Shown here piece by piece: positions 20,204 through 30,385 of a DNA stretch of 64,000 bases (position 1 is its first letter; every line of letters begins with the position of its first letter). The stretch comes from Dehalococcoidia bacterium (GTDB lineage Bacteria; Chloroflexota; Dehalococcoidia; SM23-28-2; RBG-16-64-32), in contig CAXXTF010000001.1 in NCBI GenBank assembly GCA_963665775.2, positions 768,001 through 832,000 of the forward strand. Reading direction: 5' to 3'. The notes beneath the pieces were generated by a model. That model searched no databases. It was not told the DNA's origin and saw only the letters and a program-made list of their open reading frames with translations. Position numbers and translations under genes: made by a program.

Positions 20204-22330
20204 TTAGCTGGCTTCAGAGTTGACCGGGAGCCAGACTTGAAAGCAGGTTTTGCCATGGTTAGGGATCACTTTAATATCCCCCCGGTGTTTGTTGACAACA
20301 ATGTTGTAGCTGATATCCAGGCCCAATCCAGTGCCCAGCCCGGGGGGCTTCGTCGTAAAGAAGGGGTCGAAAATCCTGGATTGAATCTCGGCCGGAATCC
20401 CGGGGCCATCGTCCTCGATTTCGATCACCACTTGTTGCCCGTCCTGGCGTGTTCGGATGGTAATTTCTCCCTGCCCTTCAAGCGCATCAGCCGCATTGTC
20501 AATTATGTTTGTCCAAACCTGGTTTAGCTCGCTGCCATTGGCCTGAATCTTGGGCAGGTGAGGCGCATACTCCTTCCGCACGCCGATGCCGGTTTTGAGC
20601 TTGTGGGCTAAGACAAGCAGGGTGTTATCCAACCCCTCGTGCACATCGACAGCCTGCACCGGGGCCCTATCCAGGTACGAGTAAGACTTGAGCGCTTTGA
20701 CGATCTCAGAGATCCGTCCTGCACCCTGGCCGACTTCTGTGAGTACGCTGTGTACCGCGTACGTCGCGACCAGCCCGCCAATGACTGCCGAGAGCTGGTC
20801 GGGGGCAAACTCGTCGGCCAGCGTTATCAGCCCGGCGGTATCGTAATTCAGATTAACTAGCGCAGGCGCGAGTTTCCAGGCGTCTGCCATCCCGCGCTCC
20901 TCCAACCAAGTTTCCAGCTCGCGCTCGCGGTCGCTACGGGCGAGCGCGTTCAACTCCGGGGGTCTCGCCGCCTGTTCCAGGGCTCGGTGCGTCAGACGCT
21001 GCAACGCCCTCTGCTGTGCTGGCGTCAGGGCCAACCGGCTCAACTGCGAATGTGACTGCCCAAACTGTGCAATGGCAGCCTCCAACTGTCTCGCGCCACT
21101 CATCACCGCCGCCGCCGGATTATTTAGCTCGTGAGCCACGCCGGCGGTGAGCGTACCCAGTTGGGCCATTTTTTCACTTTGGCGAAGCATGGTCTCACTC
21201 TCCCGCAGCTCCCTCGTCCGCTCTACCACTTTCCGCTCTAAATCTGCATAGGAGTCCTTAAGGGTGCCCGTCATGGTGTTGAATTGCTCTGCCAGATCCT
21301 GTATTTCGTCGCCGGTCTTGGCAGAGATGGTGTGGTCGAAATCACCTCCGGCAATTCGCTGGGCCCCGCGAGTGAGATCTTTGACAGGTTTCAGAATCCG
21401 GCCCACGACGAAGAAGATCAGGACACCGGACGCACCGCCTCCCACCGCTAAGAGAACCAGCAGCAACGTGCCGTAGTCTCGAACAGGTCCGGCCACATTT
21501 TCCCATCGCTCCTGAGTGACGAGTCCCCAGTCCGTCCCCGGCACCGGAGCGAAGCCGGAGATGACCTTCCTCCCTGCTGAGTCTTCCATGAACAATGCAC
21601 CCGTTTCTTTGTGTATCACTCGCATTACCGGTGCCGTGCCAAATAAATCTGCCCCTATCTGGGAGGTGTCGCGGTGGTAGCTGACGCGTCCGTCACCATC
21701 CACTAAGTAGGCGAAGCCGTCGCCGCCCGACGTCAGCTCCAGTATCTGGGAATACGTCTCTCCCAGTGGGGAAAACCTTAGCGTAGATAGTCCTGCCAGT
21801 ACTCCCTCGAACTCATTGGCGCTTCCCACAATAGGAACACCTATGAGGATCAAGTCTTCGCCAGAACGCGGATCCAGGAGCACGTTGGAGAAGGCCGGCC
21901 GAAGCGTCATTTGCACCGTCTCGAATACTGATGGTGCAAGGAAGTCCGCACCTTGCGGCTCGCTGGCAAGGGAAGGTGGCCAGAGTGTGACGCCTTCGCT
22001 GTCGTAGACAGCGACCCCCGCGTCGAAGGCACGGAACTGGTTCTCACGTCGTTCCAGTGCAACGCTGAGGCGGGCTGGCTCCAGAGACTCAACATCGTCG
22101 TCGGCGGCGGCGCTTTGCAGCACTCGATTGTGCTGACTCAGGGCCTCGGAGAGTCGAGCGGCGGTTATCCTCGCGAGCTCACTATCCCGTCCCTGGACGA
22201 CCCGCTCGGCATCGCGGGAGACCTGCTGGTAGGCATAGAGGGCGATGATTGCGACGGCCACTAGCACAATGGTGGTGGGGATTAGGGCAGTCAAGACGGT
22301 CTTCGCCCGGAGGCTCCTGAACAAGAACAC
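20204..22330 (-). CDS. Sensor histidine kinase (TM-dCache-TM-HAMP-HisKA-HATPase); start approximate
   Basis: AHELNNP H-box, NQVWTNIIDNA, DDGPG, FDPFFTTK, GTGLGL; HAMP DEIQDLAEQFN. Confidence 0.92.
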   Translation of the reverse strand: MFLFRSLRAKTVLTALIPTTIVLVAVAIIALYAYQQVSRDAERVVQGRDSELARITAARLSEALSQHNRVLQSAAADDDVESLEPARLSVALERRENQFRAFDAGVAVYDSEGVTLWPPSLASEPQGADFLAPSVFETVQMTLRPAFSNVLLDPRSGEDLILIGVPIVGSANEFEGVLAGLSTLRFSPLGETYSQILELTSGGDGFAYLVDGDGRVSYHRDTSQIGADLFGTAPVMRVIHKETGALFMEDSAGRKVISGFAPVPGTDWGLVTQERWENVAGPVRDYGTLLLVLLAVGGGASGVLIFFVVGRILKPVKDLTRGAQRIAGGDFDHTISAKTGDEIQDLAEQFNTMTGTLKDSYADLERKVVERTRELRESETMLRQSEKMAQLGTLTAGVAHELNNPAAAVMSGARQLEAAIAQFGQSHSQLSRLALTPAQQRALQRLTHRALEQAARPPELNALARSDRERELETWLEERGMADAWKLAPALVNLNYDTAGLITLADEFAPDQLSAVIGGLVATYAVHSVLTEVGQGAGRISEIVKALKSYSYLDRAPVQAVDVHEGLDNTLLVLAHKLKTGIGVRKEYAPHLPKIQANGSELNQVWTNIIDNAADALEGQGEITIRTRQDGQQVVIEIEDDGPGIPAEIQSRIFDPFFTTKPPGLGTGLGLDISYNIVVNKHRGDIKVIPNHGKTCFQVWLPVNSEAS

Positions 22331-22341
22331 GACCCCGCCCC

Positions 22342-23370
22342 CTACCCAGAGGTCTCCTCCAGAGCCTTCTTGATTTTCTCGTACTCCCCCGGCGTCACCC
22401 AGGTTTCCCACCGGTCTTCGTAGGTCTGCAGGTAGTAGATCGCCGCCTCTTCCCAACCTGCGACTTCGTTCTTCGCGGCCCAGGCCAGCGTCTCGTTGAT
22501 GGGCTCCAGGCCGACGTTCGCCTTCTTCAGCATCTCCACTACGTCTGGGGCTTTCATTTGCAAGCCCGAGTGAGCGAGCTTTTCTATCGGGAGGGTCTTA
22601 TAGGCGCAGGCCCTTTTAATGGGTCGGAGGCTCTTGTCCACGCTGGCCGCCGTGACGTTCTCCCAGCATGCCACTGTGTGGATCGGCTCTATCAGGACGT
22701 GCCAGTCGTAGGTCGCTATCAGGGCGTTCGGCGCCCAGTAATAACCGAAGACCGGATGGCTTCTCTCTTGGGCCCTCGCCAGCGCCGCCTCCAGGGCGTC
22801 ATTGGAGGCGGGCGAGGCGAGGTTGTAGTACCTGGTCAGCCCATAGGCCTCTAGCTTTACCTCATTGATCTGGGCGCACTGCGTGCCGATGGTGCAGCTG
22901 TAGAAGACGCCCTTGGAGGGATCCTGCGGGTCCTGGAACAGCTGCCAGTGGTCCTCCAGATCAAACACCGTCTCGATGTTGTACTCCTCCGCCACCCACT
23001 TGGGGATGATGAAGAACTGAGGGCCAGCCTCGAAGGTCGTGCCCAGGTTGACGATAGTCCCCTTCTGTATCTGCTCGTCGTACCAATCAGGGATATTCTG
23101 CTGCCATCCCTCCAGGTTCAGGTCAACCTCGCCCCTCGGGAGGGCCTGCTGCAGCACAGGTGTGGTCTCCACTACCGTCTCCACGGGATAGCCATATCCA
23201 TTCTCAATGATGAACTCAACGATGGCATTGTTCAGCCAATGAGAATCGGTCCCCTCCCAAACGTGGAGGTTGATGACCGGCTTTTCGTCGTCACCACACC
23301 CTGCCGTACTTAGGGCCAACAACAGTAGAACGATGACACCACCCAGGATTCTGCCGCGCGTTGTCCTCAT
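22342..23370 (-). CDS. Glycine betaine/proline-type ABC substrate-binding lipoprotein (OpuAC/ProX family)
   Basis: Lipobox TAGC; GEVDLNLEGW, GYYWAP, WETWV. Confidence 0.88.
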   Translation of the reverse strand: MRTTRGRILGGVIVLLLLALSTAGCGDDEKPVINLHVWEGTDSHWLNNAIVEFIIENGYGYPVETVVETTPVLQQALPRGEVDLNLEGWQQNIPDWYDEQIQKGTIVNLGTTFEAGPQFFIIPKWVAEEYNIETVFDLEDHWQLFQDPQDPSKGVFYSCTIGTQCAQINEVKLEAYGLTRYYNLASPASNDALEAALARAQERSHPVFGYYWAPNALIATYDWHVLIEPIHTVACWENVTAASVDKSLRPIKRACAYKTLPIEKLAHSGLQMKAPDVVEMLKKANVGLEPINETLAWAAKNEVAGWEEAAIYYLQTYEDRWETWVTPGEYEKIKKALEETSG

Positions 23371-23537
23371 TGGCCCCTCCCCTCCTGAATGACGTACGCC
23401 CGGTCGCCGGGACTACCCTCTGCGAACAGCTCCTCCCCCGCGGATAGCCGCACTTCCTCGACCACCTGACACAGATGCTCCAAGTCCGTATCGGACAGGC
23501 CGGCGAAGAGCGGCACCTTCCTCAACAATTCGTGCAT
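23367..23537 (-). pseudogene. 56-aa truncated cyclic-nucleotide-binding domain
   Basis: MHELLRKVPLFAGLSDTDLEHL...GEELFAEGSPGDRAYVIQEG; TGATG overlap upstream and ATGA overlap downstream. Confidence 0.85.
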
Positions 23538-25220
23538 CAGACGGTCTTCAGGTATTGGTGTACAAAGCTGACCACCATGCCGCCTTCACCCACTGCCGCA
23601 GCAACTCGGGTGATCGCCCCCTGTCGAACGTCACCGCCGGCGAAAATCCCCGGCACGCTGGTCTCTAGCAAGTACGGGTCCCGCTTCAGCATCCAGCTCC
23701 GAGCCATGTGACCATCGCGGGTCAAGGTCAGGTCCTGCCCCGTGCGGATGAACCCGGCCAGGTTTCGTTCCACCACGCCCGCCACGAAGGCGGTATGCGG
23801 AACGGCCCCAATGAGGCAGAACATGGCCGCGACCGGTATGGTCTTAGTTTCGCCTGAGTCGTTGTTCCTTATCGTAATATCCTCGAGCCGGTCTTCGCCA
23901 CCCACTTTAATCACCTCTGTCAGCAGCAGCACCTCAATGTTTTCCGTCGTGTTGATCTGTTCGACCAGATATTGCGACATGGCCGCACCGGCAGAGTCGC
24001 GCTTGTCTATTGCGCTACCGCGCACTAGCAGTGTTACCTTGCTCGCGTATCGCGAGAGGAACATCGCGGCCTGTCCAGCCGAGTTGGCCCCTCCCACTAC
24101 AGCTACGGGCTGGCCCTCGTAATGCACGGCTTCGGCTATCGGAGCTCCGTAGTACACCCCAGCCCCAGTAACCGCCTCTATGCCGGGCACGTCAAGCCTG
24201 AGAACTGAAACGCCGGTCGCGATCAGTAGCGCATGGCAACTCAACCTAGTTCCATCGCTCAGTGTGACAAAACGATACGAACCTTCCACACTCACCCGAG
24301 TCACCTCTTGCGCGATCAAGATCTCGGCCCCGAAGCGCTCTGCTTGGATGGTGGCCCGCCGGGCCAGATCGGCCCCGCTCAACCCCTTGGGAAACCCTAG
24401 ATAGTTCTCGATCAACGCGCTGGTGCCGGCCTGCCCACCGGCGGCCTCCCGCTCGACCATGACGATGCGTAACCCCTCGGACGCGCCATAGACGGCGGCC
24501 CCCAGTCCAGCGGGGCCGGCGCCGACGATAATTAGGTCATAGAACGGCTGGGCAGCCTGAGTTCGTAAGCCTATCTTCTCGGCCAGCGCGCGGTTGTGCG
24601 GCTCGACCAAGGTAGTGCCATCGGGGAAAAACACCACCGGAAGCCGATGCGCTTCCTTGCTCACCGCCCCCACTAAGTCCTTAGCCGGCGCATCGCATTC
24701 AAGGTCCAACCACTGGTAGGGGACTTGGTTCCGGGCCAGGAAGTCTTTAGTGTTGTGGCAGCTGGCCGACCACAGCGTGCCTGCCACGCGAATGCCGTCG
24801 TACGGCACCGGCACGGTCGCCGCCCAATCGCTCAGCAGATCGTCCAACACCGGGTACAGGTTCTGCTCAGGTGGATCCCAAGGCTTCATAAGGTAGTGAT
24901 CCAGCCCAAGCGTATTGATGCTGGCAATCGCGGCCTCGGTGTCCGCATAGGCGGTGAGCAGCACCTTGCGCGCTTCGGGGTAGAGCTTGAGCGCCTCGGC
25001 CAGAAACTCCGTCCCGCTCATGCCCGGCATGCGCTGGTCGACCAGGAACAAGGCCACCGGAGCGTTGCGTTGCTTGAGCTGCCGCACTGTCTCGAGCGCC
25101 TCCGCACCCGAGCCGGCTTTGATAATGCGATAGTCGGCGCCATACTGCTGCTGCAAGTCTCGCTCGACCGCGTTCCTGACGTGCGGCTCGTCATCGACCG
25201 TGAGAATGATCGGCTCGGCC
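23537..25220 (-). pseudogene. Response regulator receiver-thioredoxin reductase fusion; start codon displaced to 29296-29298 by the transposon
   Basis: (M)AEPIILTVDDE...VDQRMP...LLTAY...KPW receiver; GAGPAG, GGANSAG, ETSVPGIFAGGDV TrxB motifs. Confidence 0.9.
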
Positions 25221-25304
25221 GGCTTTGCACATAAAAGGCGTCCTGCACAAATAATTCTTAATGGGAACGGCGGCCTTGGACAAAAACTCTGCGACGGGTA
25301 GTAT

Positions 25305-26066
25305 TTGTGCGTGTACGCTCCCTACAAGGATCGACCCCTCAACGGCCGGGAACTAGAGAGGCTGCGCCTCACCCTGAGTAGTTTCAGGGACGGGAGCGGC
25401 CAGGTAACCTTAAAGGCTGGCGGGTCAATGCCTGGGTTCCGTGATTACGAGCGGGCATTAGCTGCTGTGCTTGAGGGCACCACGCCCGAGGATAAGGGGA
25501 TATTTGATGTCTTGATCCAGGCAGAGGGCAAGCCATTCGGTATCTCCTGCAAGATGACTGCGATGCAACCACCCAAGAACCTGTCCAGCTTCATGGAGCT
25601 TTCAAACGCAGCCGCTACGTTCAGGAAGCATCTTCTTGCTCTCCAGATCAATTGGGCCACTGATCCGACGCTCGCCGGACCCGCCATCGTGGACCTTGTA
25701 TCGGGTTGGCAAACGGCGGTTGCGGACTCAATAGACATTGCTGGCAGCCGATATAGCGTGCTCGCTCACGACGCGAAATGGCGAAAGTTTCAAGTCCTTT
25801 GCTTCCCGATCAACCTAAAGATCGCCGATCCGAAGGGTGCCGTAGATTGGCTCTTTGAAGGGGCTTCGCTCAACGGCTACATTGACGACGGAGGACGACG
25901 CCACCGGCTCTGGCAGTGCTACATGAATTCCGGTGGGCAGTTGAAATACTTCCCGCTACTGTCTTGGGCCGACTGGGTAACCGAAACGTTCTGTCTAGAG
26001 GTTGCTCCCATCATGTCTCCCCTTGCCAAGGCTCAGAATTACTTCAAGGCTCTCTGGCCTAAATAG
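25305..26066 (+). CDS. Putative type II restriction endonuclease
   Basis: RDYE...IFDV...GISCK PD-(D/E)xK-like pattern; convergent with a DNA MTase. Confidence 0.6.
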   Translation: MCVYAPYKDRPLNGRELERLRLTLSSFRDGSGQVTLKAGGSMPGFRDYERALAAVLEGTTPEDKGIFDVLIQAEGKPFGISCKMTAMQPPKNLSSFMELSNAAATFRKHLLALQINWATDPTLAGPAIVDLVSGWQTAVADSIDIAGSRYSVLAHDAKWRKFQVLCFPINLKIADPKGAVDWLFEGASLNGYIDDGGRRHRLWQCYMNSGGQLKYFPLLSWADWVTETFCLEVAPIMSPLAKAQNYFKALWPK

Positions 26067-26071
26067 CTTGC

Positions 26072-26887
26072 CTACGGCTTCACCCAAAGGACTTCAAGCC
26101 GAACTGCCTGTTTCTCTACCTTGGGTGGTTTCATAGCGACGCGGCTCCATCCGCTGAGCATATCGTCGTATATCTCGTTGCCGTAGCCGCTCACCACCAC
26201 GGGGCCGGGGTGCGCGAGAAGTGCCTTCAGTAGCAATATGTGGGCGTCGTCGTCCATCTCATCGCTGTACATGTGTTGAGTTCGGACGCAGTGCGGATAG
26301 GGTGGGTCGGCGTAAATTAGGCAATCCTCCGCAGCATGTCGCTCAATAACCTCAAGAGCATCACGATTCTCAATCTCGGCGTCTTTCAGCCGATCAGCTA
26401 GCCTTCGTAGCTGTTCAGGAACCTTATTCCATCGGTGAGACATTCCCCCTGCCCGCTGACTCGGGCCACGGTTCTTCCAGCCGGTTTTCTTAGCGAGGTC
26501 GCTTCCATGAGCCTGCCAGCAACGCACCACGAACCGACGGGCGTTCTCAACGGCGTCGGCCGTGATGATGTGCGATAGGTCGTATTCGTCTCGGGACCAT
26601 GGCGTAGCTTCCAACTTCCAACATAGTTCCTCGGTCTGATCCCGAAGGACCAAGAAAAGGTTGGTTGCCTGGCTGTTCCTATCGTTTATGACTTCGTGGG
26701 GGACTCTCGGCTTTGAGAAGAACACCGCACCCGAGCCGAAGAACGGCTCGACGTAATGATAGTGTGGCCGGAATAGCTCGATGATCCGGTCGGCAAGGCT
26801 CCATTTCGATCCTGGATACCGGATGGCAGCAGCGTGGGTGCCCCCACGGCGTTCACTGGATGGCATTAGCGGTGCTTCGATTATCAT
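26072..26887 (-). CDS. Dam-family (D12) N6-adenine DNA methyltransferase
   Basis: YPGSKW, EPFFGSG, IND, DPPY. Confidence 0.92.
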   Translation of the reverse strand: MIIEAPLMPSSERRGGTHAAAIRYPGSKWSLADRIIELFRPHYHYVEPFFGSGAVFFSKPRVPHEVINDRNSQATNLFLVLRDQTEELCWKLEATPWSRDEYDLSHIITADAVENARRFVVRCWQAHGSDLAKKTGWKNRGPSQRAGGMSHRWNKVPEQLRRLADRLKDAEIENRDALEVIERHAAEDCLIYADPPYPHCVRTQHMYSDEMDDDAHILLLKALLAHPGPVVVSGYGNEIYDDMLSGWSRVAMKPPKVEKQAVRLEVLWVKP

Positions 26888-26893
26888 GCCAGT

Positions 26894-27769
26894 CTATGCC
26901 TCACCTTGTGGAAGTTGCCTCTGGTCGCCTCTCTCGGGAAGGAAATTGCTGCTTGAGACAACAGGTCGGCCCAGTTGCCTCTCAAAGTTCTCCCTCGCGT
27001 CACCAGCAATTTTGCCTCCAGCATGAGCAGTTTCTTTATTTTCACTAAATCCTTGTGAGTCTCTCGCACGGGCCAGCTCGGCAGTAGATGTTTCACCTAG
27101 CATGGTCAAGACCAACTCCATGTCGGTCATATGGTCTCTAAGATTGTGCCCCTTGGCCAGACCTTTCACCTCTTTGTGCGTTTTGATGGCGATATTGAAC
27201 GTCTCCTGGGAAATCACGTTGGTTAATACTGCGTATTCCTTGCCCTCTGTCACCCTACGACTGGCCCACTCGCTGGTTAGTTCCTTGCGACTTAGAACAG
27301 TCCGGATACGCGCTTTTATCCAGTCGTCTGAATGTCCTTGAATTTGGTAGTCGAGTATTGCCCTCTGGATGCCGAGTTCTGGATTCTGGAATTCCTGAAT
27401 CCTCTCAAACGCTACCTTGGCGAGCCATCTCTTGAATGGCTCCGCTCTGGGCGACCCGATAGACTGGATGATGCGGAACATTGTTTCGGCATTTGCTGCA
27501 TCAGTTGGGTACTCCTTGCCGTCTGGACCGGTCATTTTCAGTTGTCCGATATTTTCGGACAACTGACCGGAGCCCTCTTTTGTCAGCTTGCGCTTGAGGG
27601 CTGACCAATACCTGGAGGGCCTGTCGGTTTCAACGATTGCGCCGACCACATCGCTAATGGAGAAAAACCATTCCCCTTCCTCGAAAACCTTCCGGATTGG
27701 CTTTCCTTTGAACTCGTTGATTCCCATTTCACCAGGGAACGAGATCATCTCTTCGCCTTTCTTTGCCAT
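26894..27769 (-). CDS. Bro-N domain / phage antirepressor-like protein
   Basis: IRKVFEEGEWFFSISDVV, RIIQSI.SPRAEPFKRWLAKV, NLRDHMT. Confidence 0.85.
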   Translation of the reverse strand: MAKKGEEMISFPGEMGINEFKGKPIRKVFEEGEWFFSISDVVGAIVETDRPSRYWSALKRKLTKEGSGQLSENIGQLKMTGPDGKEYPTDAANAETMFRIIQSIGSPRAEPFKRWLAKVAFERIQEFQNPELGIQRAILDYQIQGHSDDWIKARIRTVLSRKELTSEWASRRVTEGKEYAVLTNVISQETFNIAIKTHKEVKGLAKGHNLRDHMTDMELVLTMLGETSTAELARARDSQGFSENKETAHAGGKIAGDARENFERQLGRPVVSSSNFLPERGDQRQLPQGEA

Positions 27770-27778
27770 GCTTGCCTC

Positions 27779-27925
27779 CTAGCCGGTCTTGGTTGCTTTG
27801 CGAGGAGTGTTCCAATAAGGACTCTTGCACTTCGGGCATACCTTCGGCTCCTGGCCTAATGCCCTGGGTGCCCACTTATGCTCACATCGCTCACAGGCAT
27901 ACCCTTTCATCGCAATAATGGCCAT
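27779..27925 (-). CDS. 48-aa zinc-ribbon protein (absent from the ORF track)
   Basis: MAIIAMKGYACERCEHKWAPRALGQEPKVCPKCKSPYWNTPRK; two CxxC; immediately upstream of Bro-N. Confidence 0.8.
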   Translation of the reverse strand: MAIIAMKGYACERCEHKWAPRALGQEPKVCPKCKSPYWNTPRKATKTG

Positions 27926-27970
27926 TCTGCACCCCTAGTAGTAATCCCTTTGTAGTATATGCTCACAAGG

Positions 27971-27999
27971 TTGACATTGCAAGCCCTTGGTGGTAATAT
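27971..27999 (+). promoter_or_regulatory. sigma70 promoter for the transposase
   Basis: TTGACA-N17-TAATAT with TG extension. Confidence 0.6.
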
Positions 28000-28030
28000 A
28001 CTGCTAGGTAAGTTAAGGGGGGAAGCAGAC

Positions 28031-29263
28031 ATGGACGCTAGGCAGCAAAGAGGATTGGAGATAGCGGCTAAGAGCAGGATACGTAGACAGGATGATACCT
28101 GGTTGGTGCCGTCTCAAGCCAAGGACGGCGAGAGGTACACCGTTATACCTGGGCTCCGATGTTCGTGCCCCGATCATGAAACCCGCCAAGTGAAGTGCAA
28201 GCACCTGTGGGCGGTCGAGTATGTCATGGAGCGCGAGACTGACGAGAACGGAATGGTTACGGAGACTGAAGCGGTCCGGGTGACCAAGGTCACGCGCAAG
28301 ACTTACCCTCAGAACTGGACGGCTTACAATGCAGCGCAATCCGAGGAAAAGACTCGGTTCGGCGTCCTGTTGGCTGATCTCTGTAGGGGTATCCAGCAGC
28401 CTATCCACGAAGGCAGAGGCCGTCCAGCACTCCCGCTGGCAGACATGCTCTTTGCTTCGGCCTACAAGGTTTACACCGGCTTCTCTTCCCGACGTTTTAC
28501 CAGCGACCTTCGGGACGCTAAACCTGAGGGCCTGGTCGCCAGCACTCCTCACTTCAACTCGGTCACAAACTACCTTTCCAATCCCGATATGACACCGATC
28601 CTCAAGCACTTGGTCACCGTAAGCAGCCTCCCGCTCAAAGCCGTGGAGACTCAATTCGCCATTGACTCTAGCGGTTTCACCACGTCCCGCTTCATCCGCT
28701 GGTACAACAAAAAGTACGGGCGAGACATCGACAACCGCGAGTGGGTCAAGGTGCATCTGATGTGCGGAGTCAACACGCATATTGTCACCAGCGTCGATGT
28801 GAGCGGATGGGAAGCTCACGATACCACCTACTTCGTGCCTCTCTTGGAGCAGACCGCCAGGAACTTTCACATGTCCGAAATCTCGGCGGACAAGGCGTAC
28901 CTGAGCCACAAGAACTTGGCAGCGGTCGAGACCATTGACGCAACGCCGTTCGTTCCGTTCAAGAGCAATACGCTCCCGACCACGGAAAACTCGGCGTGGG
29001 GCCGCATGTACCATTACTTTATGCTTAACCGGGAAGCGTTTATGACTCATTACCACCGTCGTTCCAATGTGGAGACGGTGTTCTCGATGTGCAAGGCAAA
29101 ATTCGGAGATTCGGTCCGCAGCAAGAGCGACAGCGGCATGGTCAACGAAGTCCTCTGTAAGGTTCTATGCCATAATATCTGCGTGCTGATCCAAGCGATT
29201 CACGAGTTTGGAGTCGAACCTAATTTTTGTGCACAACTCGGTCTTGCACAGAAAGTAGCCTGA
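28031..29263 (+). CDS. DDE transposase (DDE_Tnp_1 type) with N-terminal SWIM zinc finger
   Basis: CSCPD...CKH SWIM; AIDSSG, KVHL, ADKAY, YHRRSNVETVFS. Confidence 0.92.
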   Translation: MDARQQRGLEIAAKSRIRRQDDTWLVPSQAKDGERYTVIPGLRCSCPDHETRQVKCKHLWAVEYVMERETDENGMVTETEAVRVTKVTRKTYPQNWTAYNAAQSEEKTRFGVLLADLCRGIQQPIHEGRGRPALPLADMLFASAYKVYTGFSSRRFTSDLRDAKPEGLVASTPHFNSVTNYLSNPDMTPILKHLVTVSSLPLKAVETQFAIDSSGFTTSRFIRWYNKKYGRDIDNREWVKVHLMCGVNTHIVTSVDVSGWEAHDTTYFVPLLEQTARNFHMSEISADKAYLSHKNLAAVETIDATPFVPFKSNTLPTTENSAWGRMYHYFMLNREAFMTHYHRRSNVETVFSMCKAKFGDSVRSKSDSGMVNEVLCKVLCHNICVLIQAIHEFGVEPNFCAQLGLAQKVA

Positions 29264-29601
29264 AAACGGGGTTTATTGTGCAAAGCCGGCTCGGCCATAT
29301 CCTATGCCTCACACCAAACTAATTTGCGCGTTCCTGAGCGGCTCCTGCGTTCAGCCACGAAATGATGCACACCCGACCGGTATGGACGGCACAACCACGG
29401 CGAAAGAGGGCTCGCGGGATTGCTCCATTGCGGTGGGCGCCATCTGGGCTGGTGATGGCGAAGAGGATTATCCCCCTGCCGGAAGAGAGCGTCAAGTTAC
29501 TGACCCGACCAGTTCAGAAGCGGAGGGTTCCCACTATCTATGTTCGCTCCGGCGCTTTGACGGGCTTTCTTTGGGACATGAAGTGACCTACGGCGGCAAG
29601 C

Positions 29602-30210
29602 CTACGCTGCGGCTTGGGGTGCCTTCGGTCCCGTGTCGATGGCGAAGGGTGGGTAACGGCCGACGAGTGAAGCATGGTAAGTGAGAAGCCTCGCCTCCCA
29701 GGGCAGCACGCCACATTGGAAATTGTAGAGCCCTTGAGGGTAGCGTTCCCGGATCAGGATCATGACGGCTGCGATAAGCCAGATCACAGCGGACGCGATG
29801 CCGATGATGGCGAGAACGAAAGCACTTGGGATGCTATAGACGAGGCGCAGGAGTGCCGAGCCGACGGTGGGAGTGCCTTCGGTCTTCACCTCGAAACGGA
29901 CGATCTCCTCGGGCCCTCCACTGGGGAAGCGGTCCGTGAGGAAGGCGAGGTAGGCGTAGAGGGCGATCAACCATCTGAGCCAGCCCGTCATCTTCGGCCC
30001 ATCTTCCTCCATGAATCTTTCGGAGCCCTTCCGGGATATGAAAATCGCGGCTAGGACCGGTAGGATTAGGTAGACGAGACCAAATAGCAGGCCAACGACA
30101 TTGCCGACAATGGATAAGATAATCAGAACAAGGACACGGAGAAAGACTTGCGGCCGCTGGAACTTCTCGGGTCGGTCAATGCCAAACGTGACAGGATAGT
30201 CGGCTGCCAT
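29602..30210 (-). CDS. DUF4389 membrane protein
   Basis: Duplicated YP/FP...YxxxLTDRFP / GRYPPF halves. Confidence 0.8.
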   Translation of the reverse strand: MAADYPVTFGIDRPEKFQRPQVFLRVLVLIILSIVGNVVGLLFGLVYLILPVLAAIFISRKGSERFMEEDGPKMTGWLRWLIALYAYLAFLTDRFPSGGPEEIVRFEVKTEGTPTVGSALLRLVYSIPSAFVLAIIGIASAVIWLIAAVMILIRERYPQGLYNFQCGVLPWEARLLTYHASLVGRYPPFAIDTGPKAPQAAA

Positions 30211-30385
30211 GATTCCTCCTTCGCGGTCATGAGACCTAGCCGTAGTGCCCGTCATACTAGGTACGACAGGGTATTCTTTATCGAGGGCTCCTGCTCCAGC
30301 TCTCTATTACCGCTATTCTAGCACTGCAGACCCGGTGTTCGCCCTCTCGTATAATGGACGCGATTTAGCGGAAGGAAGTCTGACT

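Larger units (their letters stand above)
25221..29287 (+). mobile_element. IS5-family (IS903-like) unit transposon with passenger genes, 4067 bp
   Basis: Terminal IR GGCTTTGCACA(A)TAAA; 9-bp TSD GGCTCGGCC at 25212-25220 and 29288-29296. Confidence 0.93.

Noticed and set aside
29380-29480. c-di-GMP-I riboswitch upstream of the REC-TrxB start
   Set aside because: Only a GAAA loop resemblance on the wrong strand; the GCAAA motifs are missing
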